A stretch of DNA of 64,000 nt from the human T2T-CHM13v2.0 reference genome, Homo sapiens: assembly GCF_009914755.1 (NCBI RefSeq), contig NC_060929.1; one strand, given 5' to 3'. The notes under the pieces are model-generated. The model saw nothing but the letters and a program-made list of their open reading frames with translations. It was not told the origin of the DNA and searched no databases. The translations under genes were made by a program, and so were the position numbers. This document shows positions 45,330-58,383 of this stretch, piece after piece. The stretch's first letter is position 1, and the number at the start of each line of letters is the position of its first letter.

Positions 45330-46135
45330 GGTTGGTGTTCCCTTCTCCTTAAAATCATACTCATGTAACCCCTGCTGCTTATCCCTTGCTGTTATTCCTT
45401 TTTTTTTGAGACGTGCCAAACTTCTCAAAAGAGTAGTGCATGCTTGCTATTGATAATTTCTCTTCTCTTATTCTCAATGTGTCATCCTGGTATTAGCTCT
45501 GACTTTCCCTCTAAATGATGCCCATATACTTTCTCAGGTTTCTTTCTCCTTAACCTAAATCTGGCTGCACTCTTGTTCTTGAAATTTTCTTCTCCATAAC
45601 TGTCCTGATCTGGTTCTCTTCTTCTTCCTAGCTCTCCAGGTACCATTTTTTCTCTCTCGTTCTCTTTTTTTTTTGTTTCTTCTGGCTCCATTTTATTGTT
45701 TCCACTCCATAACAGTGTTCTTAACCCATAGTTCTTTAGGCTCTACTAACTTTTTCCTTTTAGCATATCGTTGCTTTTGTGGCTTCATCTCTGACATAAA
45801 TTTTGAATGACTCCCAATCCACAGCTCAAACTATGTTCTCTTTTCTCAGCTTCAGCCTCAAATTTGCAGATGTCTACCCGACAGCTCCACTTTGATGCCC
45901 AGTTGCCACCTCAAACTTATGTCTAAATGGATTTCTCCTGGTCCCTCTCAGACTTCTTCATTTCTGTTGGTGGCATCATTCTTCCACTTACTCAAGGTCA
46001 TTGTTTATAATTATTTTTTCATCCTTTTTCTTTTCCCAAATACAACACTGACTTTTCCCCTCTCGCATTACATTTCATCCTTCTATTCCTAATGCCATCA
46101 TTATAGTCTGGACCATGCCTATTGCAATGAGTTAA
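45330..46135 (+). mobile_element. L2 LINE fragment
   Basis: Pyrimidine-rich degenerate L2 (ctctcttttctcagcttcagcctca...ccacttgatg...cacctcaaactta). Confidence 0.55.
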
Positions 46136-47131
46136 GTGTCTTCGATTTCTACGGACTATAACACCACCCTACATGTTGTGCCACCCAAGTAGTTACCTTT
46201 TGTCCTCATTTGATATAATTTATGTCTACACTTTGGGCTGTGGCTTCTCTGCCATATTCTGTTCTATGCACTTCTTCCAACTTAAAGATGAGAGATTTAT
46301 AGTATAACTCAAATAAAATCAAGCTTGTTCTCCCATGGAAACCATAGACTCCCATAAATTTTAATGGGATCTTAGCTCTCTGATGTTCTTTCCTATTTGG
46401 AGTAGAACATGTGGCAAGGAAAACAAAATCATTTCTTAGTCTTATCTTTCTGTAATGTGGTTTCTCTGGGCTGGTTCCTCTGAAAGAACTGGCTTCTACA
46501 GTGAGGTCTGATGAATGCTATGTCCTGGGCTGTGGTCACTTTGTATTTGACATGAATGTATGCACTTCTCAGCCTCCCAGGCACGGTTTACAACATTCTT
46601 TATTGTTTTTCCCATCTGGAGAGAGATAAGGTATAATACTTCTTATTGATTTTGGAAGCATTTCTATAATGCAAACAACACCTATCTGAGAAACCTTGTA
46701 CTAATCACAGAAAAATGTGATCATGTGGGTCGAGGAGTGCAAGAATTTCCATAGCTGTAGGTCTGTGGGAGTATTTCCTTCTTATGATTCAGACCTTGGT
46801 TCAAAACAGTTCTCTCAATGGAAAAGGTACAGCACAAAAGCAGGATATTGGAATTATTTCTGCATTCATTCTGGTTGTACCTTAAAGTTGGAAAAACCCT
46901 TCCTTGCTCCATTTCCCTGTTGGTGAATTATGCCCTAGATTTCCTTGTTCACTGAGGAACTTACTGAAACTTCTAGCCCAATAGCCTTAAGGGGACTCTG
47001 AAGCGAGGGAGTTCACATGGCACCGCCAGGCACACTGATTGCTAGTGACAGAACCTAGACAGAACCCTCTATATCCTGCCTTTGGGTCTAGTGATCTCCT
47101 CATCGTGGAGTGGAGAGATTTTAGTGAAACA

Positions 47132-47718
47132 CAGTGGACCCATCTTCAAATTTGAGAGGTCTAGGGAAAGAGTTCAAATGGAAGCCTATGTACCCTATGT
47201 CTAAATATTGAAATTTGTAAGTCAGGCTGAAAGATGTTAAATAAACTATAAACATATCTTAGTAATAAACTGGAAAGTCTGATTAAAATTGTGACTTCTC
47301 AAAATCTCTATGGAGTACTACAATGGTGTAGTGTGGGAGAATGCATCTCCGACCTGACCCATTCATTTCCCTTCTTGGAATCAACTCCAATCAATACCTG
47401 AATGGGCCTTGTGTGCCCACATTCCAGTTCTATCCACTCCTCCTCCAAACAGCTGCCTCTTGGGGTTAAGTGGCATACACCAGCTGTGCAGTTTATTCTT
47501 AAGAGGTCACATCTGGGAGGAAGCCCACATAAGACCTGGAAGCAGGCTTGGGATGTTTGGGCAAGAAACTCCAGAGTCTTCAGGACCCAGAGAGTGGTAT
47601 CAAAGGGGGATGTGATTCACCTTGGCTGTGCAGGCTCCTTGACTGATATAAACTGGTCATAGGCACAGTTGGGTATCTAAGGCAGGACCCCTCTTACCTG
47701 GGTCTTAGGACAGCACTG
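47132..47718. mobile_element. Possible ancient hAT-like DNA transposon remnant
   Basis: Starts cagtg and ends cactg. Internal gttcaaatggaagcc...atgtctaaatattgaaa resembles old mammalian hAT elements. Family not identified. Confidence 0.3.
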
Positions 47719-49620
47719 AAATATATCAAAGGTACATTGAGAATACTGTTCCTTTGTAGCTTTGATACATTTGTAGAACACTATTGTTAGGTCTTTCCAC
47801 TCTGACTTCCCATCATCTTTCAGGGCTGGCTCTCACCTGCTGTAGAAAACACACAAACCCCACTGATGAGCCTCCAATGTAGGTGGAACGAGTCCAACCA
47901 ATCTATTTCCTCTATGTTACCGACCTGAAATGACTCCCTCCTGTATTTCCTTGTGTTAAATTTTGCCCTCATCTCACTGCTAGAAGTCCAGGTAGCCCCT
48001 AGTACAAATTCACCCTTTGGAAAAGCTGTGATTTAGTGCCAGGTCTAGGAGATGCTGTGTAGCAGGTGGATGGGGAGCCTTAGGCCTCCTTTCGATTCTC
48101 CCTCTTGACTCCCAAAAGTTTCTTCTTCTCAATTGTCAGATGCCTATTCTCTCATGTCTCATCTGCCACCTTTACCCCCCACCACCCTTATGCATTCTGT
48201 ACTTTGAAAATACCTCATCTCCCCCAGTCTTTTTTGTGCCATTTTCTTAAGCCATCAAAAGTCTCTTCCCTTCAGAGAAGCTGTGTGAAGTGTATAAATT
48301 TTTTTTTGCTACATTAATCCATTAGAAAAACTTGTAAGGTAAGAAAGTTCATCTTGAAGCCACCAGGCTGTCTTTTCCCACCCTTGTGTTGTCCCCATTG
48401 TGCTGTTTCCATTTTCTCTTTTCTATCAAATCAAAACCAGCTCTCAGGAAAGAATACTCATAGGTAATTTGTGGTATCTTGGAAGTGGCATAAATGACTT
48501 GGTCTTCCAAAAGAAATGTTGCTGGTGGGGGCTGGGGGGAGCAAGTATTCTGGGTCACTTGAAAAGGCCGTAGAAGTCATAATATGTTGGGTGCCTGAAT
48601 GCTCAGCCTCTGTATCTGCCATTCAAAGGGCCCTGCAAAGCAAGGCCTGTTATAATCCAGGTGTGTGTCTATATGCACCGAGGGTCACATTGTAGAAAAA
48701 AAGTGCAAAGACAACAATTTATTCCTAGTTTTTGCAAATCAGGATTGTCTTCTCCTTAGGGCAGGAAAATGAACTGGAGGAAGGAGAATAAACACAATGC
48801 TGAAGAGCCTGTTTATGGGGGTTCAAGCATTTCTGTTTCCTTCCTTGCTTTGCACCTCCTCACTCTCTTAACACTCAGATTTCTGGAATGGACCCAGGAT
48901 GCAAATGTAGCTATAGGATTTGGATGCAATTCCTCTATGTTCTCTGCCATACCTCCTTTCAAAATGAGTCAAGAAGAGAGAAAACATAAAGATCATCTTC
49001 TCTTTTTAATATAAACAATCTGTGGCTGCAGGAAAAGGGGTTGAAACACGAGGGATAGATATTACTCAGGGTGACAGTCGGCCTTCTGCAGAATGACCTT
49101 TACTGACTGTTTATCCTGACTGTTGGAGAGGAAGGCCAGGAAATGCTTTCAAAACGTGGACACATCAGTAACCAGGATATATATATGTTCAGTGACTGTT
49201 CCTCTTCTACCAACTGAAATGATACGCAGTTTTATTTCTATTTTTACAAAATAATTGAAGCGAGTTCGTTGCTTTCTCCAGGGAAGTAACTGAGACATAA
49301 TTTCAAGTATTAATACAACAGAAGTCTTAAAGGTATACGTGGCACATGATGCTTGAACTTTTACAAAATACTTTTCCTTAGAGGAAACTTTGGAGGCTGA
49401 ATGATGTTATGGATAGAGTTCAAGTTTTGAAGTTAGATCTGTTTTAAATCTGTTTCCCTGTATGAAGAATGGTGTTGCTTATTCTCTTCGATCCCATTTC
49501 TTTCTGTATAAATGTAGTAACAACATTTAAATCTTTCTTGATTGCTACAAGGGTCAAATGAGAAAATCTATGTGAAGTGTCTGGCGGGGAGTTGATGCTC
49601 AGTGAAATTTAGTTTCCTTC

Positions 49621-50156
49621 TATGGCCAGAGACTGCTTGTTGCCTAACCAATATCCATATCCCCTTTTCATTTAGTACAGACCCTGATTTCATTCTGATG
49701 GCTGTATGCTCAGTAATGAGGCCATATGTCCCAGCTTCCTTTGCTGCTAGAAGTGGTCATGTGATGTAGTTCTAATTAATAAAATGTATACAGTTGTTGG
49801 GTAAGGTTCTGGGAAAGTGCTGTAAAGGGGAGGACATCAGCTAATCCAGACTTTTTCTATTCCTTAACTCCTTCTCCCTATTTCTCCTGGAAAGCAGACA
49901 TAATGGTTGGAGTTGCTGCAGCCATTTTGGATCATAAGGCAACTTTGAGGGTGCAGCCATGCGCTATTAATCAGAATTGTAGAGAAAGATAGGTATCTGG
50001 ATCCCTAATGACACTGTAGAGCTATAGCTGCCTAGGACTGCCTACCTCTGGACATTTTAAAAATATGTGTGAGCTGAAGAAATTTTTATCTTGTTGAAAC
50101 ATCTCTCATTTCTAGCATCTGTTATTAAGCAATGGAATACAATTCCTAACTAATAT
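49621..50156 (+). mobile_element. MaLR LTR (MLT1J-like)
   Basis: ccaatatccat...tcccagcttcctttgctgctagaagtggtcatgtga...ttggagttgctgcagccattttgga...aattcctaactaata. Confidence 0.7.
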
Positions 50157-50394
50157 GCCTTTCTCTTATACTTATTTGCTCTTATTTAATCCTCACGTTT
50201 ATCCTGTGAGTTAGTTTAGTTTTCCCTATTTTATAAATAAAAAACCTGAAGTGAAGAGGGTTAAGTATTTTGCTCCACATCACTCAGCTATTCTGGGTTA
50301 CCACTGATTTTTAACTTTATTATCATTGCTCTTTCTACCATAAAGGGTAATCTGTTGAGTTTTCCCAAGACCCTTTTACCCTAGGTCTTGCAGC

Positions 50395-50645
50395 CAGTGT
50401 GGCATGATGGTTAGGAGGCCAAACTCTGGAGCCAAACTACCCAAATTTGAATCCTGGTGCTACCAGTTACTGCTGAGAGATTTATGTGCAAATTGCTTGA
50501 CCTCTTTGAGCCCCAATTTCCTCCTCTATAAAATCGAGATAGCAACACCTCATAGAGTTGGTATCATCCTGAAATGAGTCAGTGTATCTAAAATGCTTAG
50601 AACAGTGCCTGGTATATAGAGAGCTATTAAGTGTTAGCTATTACC
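50395..50645 (+). mobile_element. MIR, near full length (an opposite-strand MIR lies at about 50180-50340)
   Basis: cagtgtggcatgatggttagg...actctggagccaaactacc...atttgaatcctgg...cttagaacagtgcctggtatatag. Confidence 0.75.
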
Positions 50646-51369
50646 GTTCCTTTTTCTACATCAGGCAGACAAATCCACTCATTGGACACAAAATCTCTAA
50701 AACCATAGCTAATCTTGAAAGATTTTACCATATTTCTGAGGTTTCAGATTTACATCAGTGTTATGGGGCATGAGTATTCTTAGCTAATTCAGAGTCCTTA
50801 GCTAATCCTGAGACCTTCCTGTGATCACATGGTTATGAGTGGGGGCTCCCTGTAATGGCACCCCTGATGGGCTGGGAGCCCAGGAATCCCTGGTGGTGGG
50901 AATACCATCTTTGTTATATAGGAAATGGGAGCAGGTGGCTGATAGGATTCTGGGTGAAGAATACTGGGGCGTGAAGGACTAAAAGTTAAGTATAGAATGG
51001 AGGCTCGAAAAGACATGTTGATATCTTAGGAAGAAAAATATAATTTTCTAGACTGGAGCCAAGAAAGAAAAAAAAACACACATAAGGGAAGGCTGTAAGG
51101 GAAGGAAATAAAATTTAAAAAGGGCAGAGAAATTCTCAAGCCTGGTGAGGTCTGGAACTTACAGACTTTAAGTCCTCGGGATTTTCACAGTATGCCAACC
51201 TGATATGCATATTTTCATTTCATGGTGGGGAGGGATTAGGGGAGCAATTGTTTCCCGGGGGAACATTCTCTAAAAATATAACTTTTTACATAGGTTTTTT
51301 TTTTTTTGAAAAGGTAGTGTGTTTCATGAGGATGAAGACCACAATGAGGACATCAGAAGAAGGATTCTG

Positions 51370-51662
51370 TTTTTTTTTGGGGGATGGAGTTTCACTCTTG
51401 TTGCCCAGGCTGGAGTGCAATGGCCCGATCTTGGCTCACCACAACCTCTGCATACTGGGTTCAAGCGATTCTCCTGCTTCAGTCTCCCAAGTAGCTGGGA
51501 TTACAGGCATGTGCCATCACACCCGGCTAATTTTGTATTTTTAGTAGAGATGAGGTTTCTCCATGGTGGTCAGACTGGTCTTGAACTCCTGACCTCAGGT
51601 GATCTGCCTGCCTCGGCCTCCCAAAGTGCTGGGATTACAGGCGTGAGCCACTGCGCTCGGCC
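51370..51662 (-). mobile_element. AluS (Sp/Sq-like)
   Basis: Full dimer. TSD-like aagaag(g/c)attctg at 51357 and 51666. Confidence 0.93.
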
Positions 51663-52849
51663 TAAAAGAAGCATTCTGAAAGCTCAGCATGACCAAGGAG
51701 GGAAGGGAGGATGGTGAGAGGAAGGTCTTCTTCTTTGTGCTTGTTCCTCTGTGAGCCCACAGCAAGGACCTGGCCAACCTCTTCCTGCTCTGCCCTGCCT
51801 GAGGTGCCGACTCACCCCAAGGTGAACTCTGTAAGACTTCTGGACATCTGTCACTTCCCTATGTTGCCTATTTTTGAGGTCCTTTGTCAGTTTCCTCACA
51901 GAATTTGTTATAAAATTCTTAAATTAAAATGGGATTCTGTGTTTGTCCTTACTGTCAGTCAAGGAGGCAAGGTGAGGAAGCCTGCCCCAGTTGGGCAGGT
52001 GAGGGCAAATGTGGGGAGTGGTAGTGACAGGGAGAGGGCATTGTCCTGGGGTTTGCTGGAAGGGAAGCAGGGACAGATGGAGGGATGATCCTGGGTGTGC
52101 ATTCAGAAAGGCTTGCGATGGTTTCTTCTATCCTGGCCTGCTTTGTAGGAGAAGCCACACTGGGCTGGTCCTTGTGTTTCTTCTACCTCATTTTTAAGTT
52201 CCTTTGAAGCTTATTGTCTGAGATAAAGGGGACACCTGTGTTTTCAGTGGGCTCAGCTCAGCTGCTCCGTGAGCAGGAATACATTTACTATACTTGGTCA
52301 TTGCATATTAAGCCCTTTGTTTTTGTTTTTAAAAGGTTCAGTGGTTTCCTTTTATCCACCTCACCCCCCATTCCATCCAGTCTGTCACGTGGCCAGTGTT
52401 GTGTGCCTTAAACAGATGTTCTCAATTTCCCTGAGGAGTAAGTTATGGATGAGTCAGCCCCAATGGGGTGGGTGATGGAGCTGCCTAGAAGTGTTTCTTA
52501 TCAGCTCCCAGGAGGCTGCCTCAGGTTCTAAGGGTAGAGGTGGCCCCAGGAAAGTGGGTGTCAACTGTTCACAGGAAACAACTGAAGCAGGACTTTGAGA
52601 ACTGCAAAGAATAGGGCATCAGCCACAAGATAATTTAGGTCCCCAAGCACTAGGCGTTGACTTTCTCCTCCCACAACACCTTTGAGAATTGTAATTTGCT
52701 GCAGCTCATGTTGGTTCAAAAATATTGCAGGGCAACTCTCCTTGTTTATCTCACCTAAGTGGCTCCTGAATCCATTGGAAAAGAACCCTCCAAGTTGAGT
52801 TATAAACATTAAAAGATGACCTGTTGGTCTCATAAATAACTTTGCTGTG

Positions 52850-52850
<1 letters not shown>

Positions 52851-52882
<32 letters not shown>

Positions 52883-52897
52883 CGTGTGTGTGTGTGT
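52851..52897. repeat. (TG)n microsatellite
   Basis: Long TG run with one interruption. Confidence 0.95.
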
Positions 52898-53190
52898 AGA
52901 AAACTTATCCAAAAATTATTTCAACCCCTAGGCAATTGCCAGGGAATGTCTTAGAAAACCACAGTGGGCATTTTGGAAAAATGCTCTGGGGATGGGCCCA
53001 GAACACCAGAACAGCTCAGTGGCTGCCTCTTCTATGATGTTACAGGGGAAGACTATAAATCTGAACCCTCTGCTGCCCCCACCCCCACATTACTCATATC
53101 TCAGCTCCAAGGCAGCAATAGCAAATCACTGTGCCGGAGCCACTGCTTAACATGTTTTACTTCCTTTTAGTTGAGAAGCTTTTTGGTTGG

Positions 53191-53580
53191 TGTTCAAGTT
53201 ATCTATTGTTGTATAATAAAACCCCCAAACACAGGGGCTTAAAATAACAATAACCATTCTGTTTGCTCATGAACTCACAATTTGGCCAGGGCTTGGGAGG
53301 AGCAGCTCATCTTGCTCCACAAAGTGTCATTTGAGGACACCTAAAGGTGGAGTCATCTGCAGGCTCACTCATTCACATGTGTGGCTGCTGCTTGGGAAAT
53401 TAGTTAGAGCTCAGCCAGAACACCCACATGTGGCTTCTCCACATGACTGCCTGGCTTTCTCACAGCATGGTGGCCAGGTTCTAAGACAACAACCCAACAG
53501 AACAAGGCAGAAGCACATGACGTTCTTATGACCTAGCCGTGGATGTCACTTACCACCATACTTCATTGGTGAAGGTAGTC
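53191..53580 (-). mobile_element. MaLR LTR (MLT1H-like)
   Basis: gttatctattgttgtataa...ggcttaaaataacaa...ggagtcatctgcaggctcactcattcacatgt...ctcacagcatggtggcc...ttatgacctagcc. Confidence 0.7.
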
Positions 53581-54910
53581 CTCATTCAGTTTCTGGAGAC
53601 TTTCTTCTTTAACATTATTCTTACAATATTACTCTGAATCCATTTGTCCTGGTCTCTTATAAAAAAAAGCACTAATCACCCATGCATTAGGTCACTTTTG
53701 TTATCTACACAAATAATTTTTCCTTTCAGTGTATTTTTTTTTCTGTTTGTCATTTTCCTATGCTTCTGGGAGAAATTTTTGTGTTTATCCTCTACATGAC
53801 TTAATTTTCCACATTCTCATTCTGTTCTTTAAAAGATTGATTTAAATTCTTCTATAGCATTTTTTATTACATAATTTCCTGAACGCTGCAGGCTTTTTTT
53901 TTGACTTATTCTTATGGTTCTTATGTTTAACCCTTTCTTCTTTTATTAATCAAGGTTTGTATTAATTTTGTTAAGAAAGATAGTAAATGTTAAGGTTTTT
54001 GTTTTTGTTTTTTTTTTTGCAACAGTGAATCTTTTTTTTAAATGGGCTGTTTTCTACTTCTTTTGTTTTTTATTTACCTCTTTCTTCCACACTGCAGGGC
54101 ACCTTCACAGTCCCTAATTTTTAAATTTTGTTTTCTGTGTATTCACTCTTGAGAAAGAAGAGAAATATCCCACTGTGGTAACAACTAAAGAAAGTACAAA
54201 CGTGTTTGTTTGAGTCCTCTTGTGTCCACCTGTTGGCAGTTAGATTCTTCCTCCCAAATGTCAGGTTCAGGGGTTGTACTTTTAGATGATGTTTTGAGAG
54301 GTCTCGTGGGCCAGGAGATCCTGGAGAAGAACCCAGCATTCTCAGGAGTCACAGCGAAGAATCTTCATTTCTGTTGCTACACCAGTTGCCAGATGTCCAA
54401 AACCTGAGGTCACTGAGGGGCATGGCTGGCTGAGACTCACCTCTGTCCTGGAGCAATGGGCTGGTGTGTGTGGAAGAAGATCCCATTGAAGGGAGAGTAG
54501 AGAGGTTGAGTCCCACTGCACTGAGAAGGATCCTCATCCAGGGACTTCTTAGGATTTCTACCTGCAAGCTCTTGGTTTAGTGTGGCTGTGTTTGCTCTTG
54601 GACCTTGTAATTCAGCTAAATTCGGGAAGCTGTCCATCAGCTGGTGCCAGATGAACACTGGATGGGATTGTGCTGGTTGCCCCTCAGCCTGCTCTTATCT
54701 CTGGCTCCCAGCCCTCCACATTAGGGGTGGTAGGGTATTCTGACAGGTTTTCCTTTGCTTACAAGAAGTAGGGTTGTACCATTTCCTAGGGAAGGAGAGT
54801 TGTGATTCAGCAGTCAGCCTTTTCTTTCAGCCTGGATCCATTGGCCTTTTAGCAGAAATCCCTTAACTTTTAAGTATACAAATGACGCCTTTCTTTGGTT
54901 TGAGCTATAA

Positions 54911-55239
<329 letters not shown>

Positions 55240-55376
55240 TTTGTCCCTCTTTTTACCTCCAGATTGATATTCCTTCAGAAATAATTTCAGCTCATTTCAG
55301 GGTGCAGGAGTGTTGGGATTTCTTCACTCGTTTTATCTTTTCCCCCAAATTATTGTTGGATTAATTTAGACTAGAG

Positions 55377-55539
55377 CTTCTCAAACTCAGCCCTATTGAC
55401 ATTTTGGGCTGGACAATTCTTTATTGAGGGGGGCTGTCCTGGGCATTGCAGGATGTTTAGTAGCATCGCTGGCCTCTACCCACTACATGCTGGTGGCACC
55501 CTATCCCCACCACCAGCAGCCTCCAGCTGAGAACCACTG
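55377..55539 (+). mobile_element. MER20 (hAT-Charlie), internally deleted
   Basis: ctattgacattttgggctggacaattcttt...ggggctgtcctgggcattgcaggatgtttagtagcatc...gagaaccactg. Confidence 0.85.
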
Positions 55540-58074
55540 CTCTAGAGCTTCTGCAATGCATCCTCCCACCATCCCCATGCCATGGCATCTCAGACCCCAG
55601 AACTGGAGGGCATCTTGAGAGATCACCTGTGTTTGCCCCCTTTTGTCAAGCAAAAAAGATGTTGTTATCTGCTTTCAACAGATGAGGTTAGATGATAAAG
55701 ATGAGGAGGAAGAGGCAACTGAGCCTGGCCCGAGATTGCCCCTTTACACTTATTTATGAGAATAGGACTTGGGTTTCTTGTCTTCTGGAGCTTCTGCTAT
55801 ATGCTTTGTAGTCCTGGCCCATTAGGAGATAAAACTTCTCCATACAGGAACCCTGCTTGGCAGGACTTCCCTAATCCTTATTTATTTGAGACAGGAGAAA
55901 ATGCTGAGAATGACTTAATTGGCTTACAGTGTACACATGTTGGAGTTTATGCTCTAGGAGTAATTCTGCTATGCAGAAGCTCTGATTTCCCTGTGAGGCT
56001 TGGCTCTGCAAGGAGGGAGTGGAAATGAATGATGGGCAGAGACAGACAGCCATGGACATGAGAGTTTACTGCTCTAACCCTCACTGGTTCTCATCAATGT
56101 CAGGGAAGAGCTAGTTATGAAGAAACGGGAGGTTGGGGAGTGTTGTTCAATTTAAATTACAGGGTGTTTGAGAAAGAGGCCACTGCTCTCAGACAGGAAA
56201 ATCCTAGCCTGTTGAGTGGGAGAAAAAAATCGTACTGAGCAGACATAAAAAGAGTATGAGGGAGGTAGTTCAACTCCGTGTGACTGCTGAAATGACAGCT
56301 CTTTGGGAACTGCACAGTTATCACCCTGAGTGTGTGACTATTTTAGCTCACAGGAACTCCAAATGGGGTTGTGTGAAAGGCCTCATTTAACTTTGAGGCC
56401 CGAGAGGCCCCCAGGGAGACAGATGTGTTCCTCAGGAACAAGAAGCAGCTCTGCGGTGTAGGCCTACCTCTCTTCCTGCACTGTCCTTCTCCAGGGAAGA
56501 AGAAATGGTTTGCTGTACACAATTGGAATGTGCTGAAGGGGAGCAGGGTAGTAGTCAGATCCTTCCCTTATTCCTGCCAATGTTACTTGATGATTCAATT
56601 TCTCAGCAATATCTGGCACATGGTTCCCAGGTCATCGGTGAGAAGAAGCAGCCTCAACCGGGTCATGGAGCCTCTCAGCTAGAAGCCCTCTTAGCTGGAG
56701 CTGGCACCCATGGAGTTCTCACCCCCTTTGCCAGTCCCACCCCTGGCCGCAGCAGCCACCGCAAGTAACTGTTGACTCCCTGTGTGCGAGGCTCTATGGG
56801 ATAGGAAGCTGCTGCATGAGATGTAGTTCCTGTCATCAGGGGCTTGCAGTCAATTTGAGTGGACACATGAGAAAGATAAGAATCGATGAGAAAGCCAAAA
56901 GAAACCTCAGCGTAACAACAACCAAAACATCTCAACATACTCTATGCTACATTCTTGAGAAGTCCAGACAGTCAATGTCAAGGTGATAGAGTATCGCTGT
57001 ACCCTAAGGTTCTTGGGGGAAGACTTCCCATTGGCTCCTGTGAGTCAAGCTGGGAGGAAAAGGTGATAAAAACCACCAAAGTGTTACCAGTATCCAAAAG
57101 TCCTTCAGGGACTTCATCATCACAAAAGTCCTTCAGGGAAGATGTTATCAGCACTCTCATTTTACGGATAAGAAACCAGAGGCTCGATGAAAGCGAATAA
57201 GATGGACAACTTGAGTATTCTACCACATGCCATGCATTATAATTGGAATTTACAAGGCTTCATTAAATTTCCACAACCAACCTGTGATCATTATTATTAT
57301 CACTATTTTTACAATTTCAATTTTACAGCCAAGGAAACTGATGCTCAGCACAGCTAAGTAGCTTTTCCAAGACCATACAGCTTGTCTATAACTTCAAGTC
57401 CTAAGCTTTTTCCATTTTAGCCACATAAATATGACTTGGAGGAAGGAGTAAGGAGGGAGTGAGGAGACATTCTTGGCAGGAAGAGTAGCTTAGGCAGAAA
57501 TGTATCTGGCATGTGTAGAAATCTATCTCATATCTTTGGGGTACAACCCATAGTCCATGAAGACCAGAACAGGATTTTCCAATTACAATGCAGGGTATAT
57601 GATAGAATATCCAAGTTGTTCATTTCATTCTCTTTCTTTGAGCCTTTGCTTCCTTATCTGTAAAATGAGAGCACTAATATCATCTTCCCTGTGTGGGACT
57701 AGTCAGGAGATCAGCTTGACAAGTAGTAGGGCTCTGATTTTCTTTTTTTGAATAAATCTATGAGGGAAGTGTTAGGTGGGTGAAAGGGGAGAGTCTGGAA
57801 AGCTGTCAGATCACGTGGGTGAGTATCCCATAGTCCAGGATGGGATACCGGAACTTGGTGTGACTGCTGAAATGACAGCTCTTTGGAAAGTGATGAGAGT
57901 GACACATAGGAAAGACCTGCCAGGCTGAGTTGATTGTATTTGTGAAAAGGATAAGCAGGCATTAATGAGGGCATCAAGATTCTAAGCATCAGTGACTGGG
58001 AGAATGAAGACAGAAACAGGTGTATTCAAAGAGGATATATACATATGTATATATATATATATTTTAAAACATCA

Positions 58075-58383
58075 GGCCAGGTGCAGTGGCTTACACCTGT
58101 AATGCCAGCACTTTGGGACGCCGAGGCAGGCAGATCACGAGGTCAGGAGATCGAGACCATCCTGGCTAACACGGTGAAACCCCGTCTCTATTAAAAATAC
58201 AAAAAATTAGCTGGGCGTGGTGGCGGGCGCCTGTCATCTCAGCTACTCCGGAGGCTGAGGCGGGAGAATGGTGTGAACCCAGGAGGCGGAGCTTGCAGTG
58301 AGCCGAGATTGCGCCACTGCACCCCAGCCTGGGCGACAGAGCGAGACTCCATCTCAAAACAAACAAACAAACAAACAAACAAA
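58075..58383 (+). mobile_element. AluY with (CAAA)n tail
   Basis: Y diagnostics gatcgagaccatcctggctaacacgg and gaatggtgtgaaccc...gcggagcttgcag. TSD aaaacatca at 58066 and 58384. Confidence 0.95.
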
